Below are positions 63,601-64,000 of a stretch of 64,000 nucleotides of DNA, piece after piece (position 1 is the first letter of the stretch; each line of letters opens with the position of its first letter). The position numbers and the translations under genes are program-made. The notes below the pieces were generated by a model, which worked only from the letters and a program-made list of their open reading frames with translations, did not search any database and was not told the origin of the DNA. The stretch is from contig NC_045697.1 of assembly GCF_009834535.1 (NCBI RefSeq), forward strand, positions 117,244,001 through 117,308,000. The letters run 5' to 3'. This DNA is from Camelus ferus. Taxonomy: Eukaryota.

Positions 63601-64000
63601 TGTGGATGTGATCACTTAACATTTATTTCAATCTTTCTCTCTAGTATACCTTCTTGCATGGTGGAAGCTAGAAAGTTAAAATGACACTTTTCTAACTCTA
63701 TTGCATCTCATATCAGCCTATTAATCTTGTAAGCCTTGAGATCAGAACTTAATAACTAGGGAGAGAGGGTGGCAGAATTCCAGACATTGATTTTATTATA
63801 ATACAAAGGCGGATTCAGCTTCCTGACTTAGGCGGCTTCCCAATTATAGCAGAATAGTATCCACTTAGAGTGAATACTTGCTATAATTTCTCAGATCAGC
63901 AGATGGCTTCCTGATTATAGCAGGTGAAGCCCCTCAATTAACAACCCCAACCTGTAAAATGGTTTCGGGAAATTTTTCTGGAAGCTTAGACTAGAGTCTG
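63601..64000. mobile_element. Old ERVL LTR (LTR33-group-like), runs off the window end
   Basis: CTAGTATACCTTCTTGCATGGTGGAAGCTAGAAAGTTAAAATGACAC and repeated GGCTTCCTGA motifs. Confidence 0.55.

Noticed and set aside
1..64000. CRISPR array, operon, or a novel multi-gene system
   Set aside because: This is eukaryotic repeat-rich DNA with no regularly spaced repeat-spacer array and no intact gene cluster.

Overview
AT-rich, repeat-dense mammalian genomic DNA, intergenic or deep intronic. It is most likely camelid (camel/alpaca/vicuna), based on two Vic-1-like tRNA-derived SINEs and cetartiodactyl-type L1 3' ends. I found no intact protein-coding exon. The only gene-derived sequence is a full-length, disabled processed pseudogene of ferritin light chain (FTL, about 6362-7222), with a decayed iron-responsive element, a lost ATG, frameshifts and a poly(A) signal. 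The rest is mostly transposon fossils: L1 fragments of several ages (two with twin-priming inversions), L2 and MIR, MaLR/ERVL LTRs, DNA transposons (MER82, MER2, MER5, MER94), four solo LTRs of one ERV1-like family, and a 5'-LTR-less MER34/MER4-group provirus with gag capsid and zinc-knuckle remnants carrying two nested insertions. I did not find a convincing previously undescribed biological system. The best leads are an apparent local AT-to-GC substitution bias around the FTL retrocopy, an LTR promoter pointing antisense into that retrocopy, two template-switch hairpins in L1 copies, and a CpG-retaining enhancer-like segment. Repeat family names come from recalled consensus sequences, not a database search, and old-repeat boundaries are approximate.
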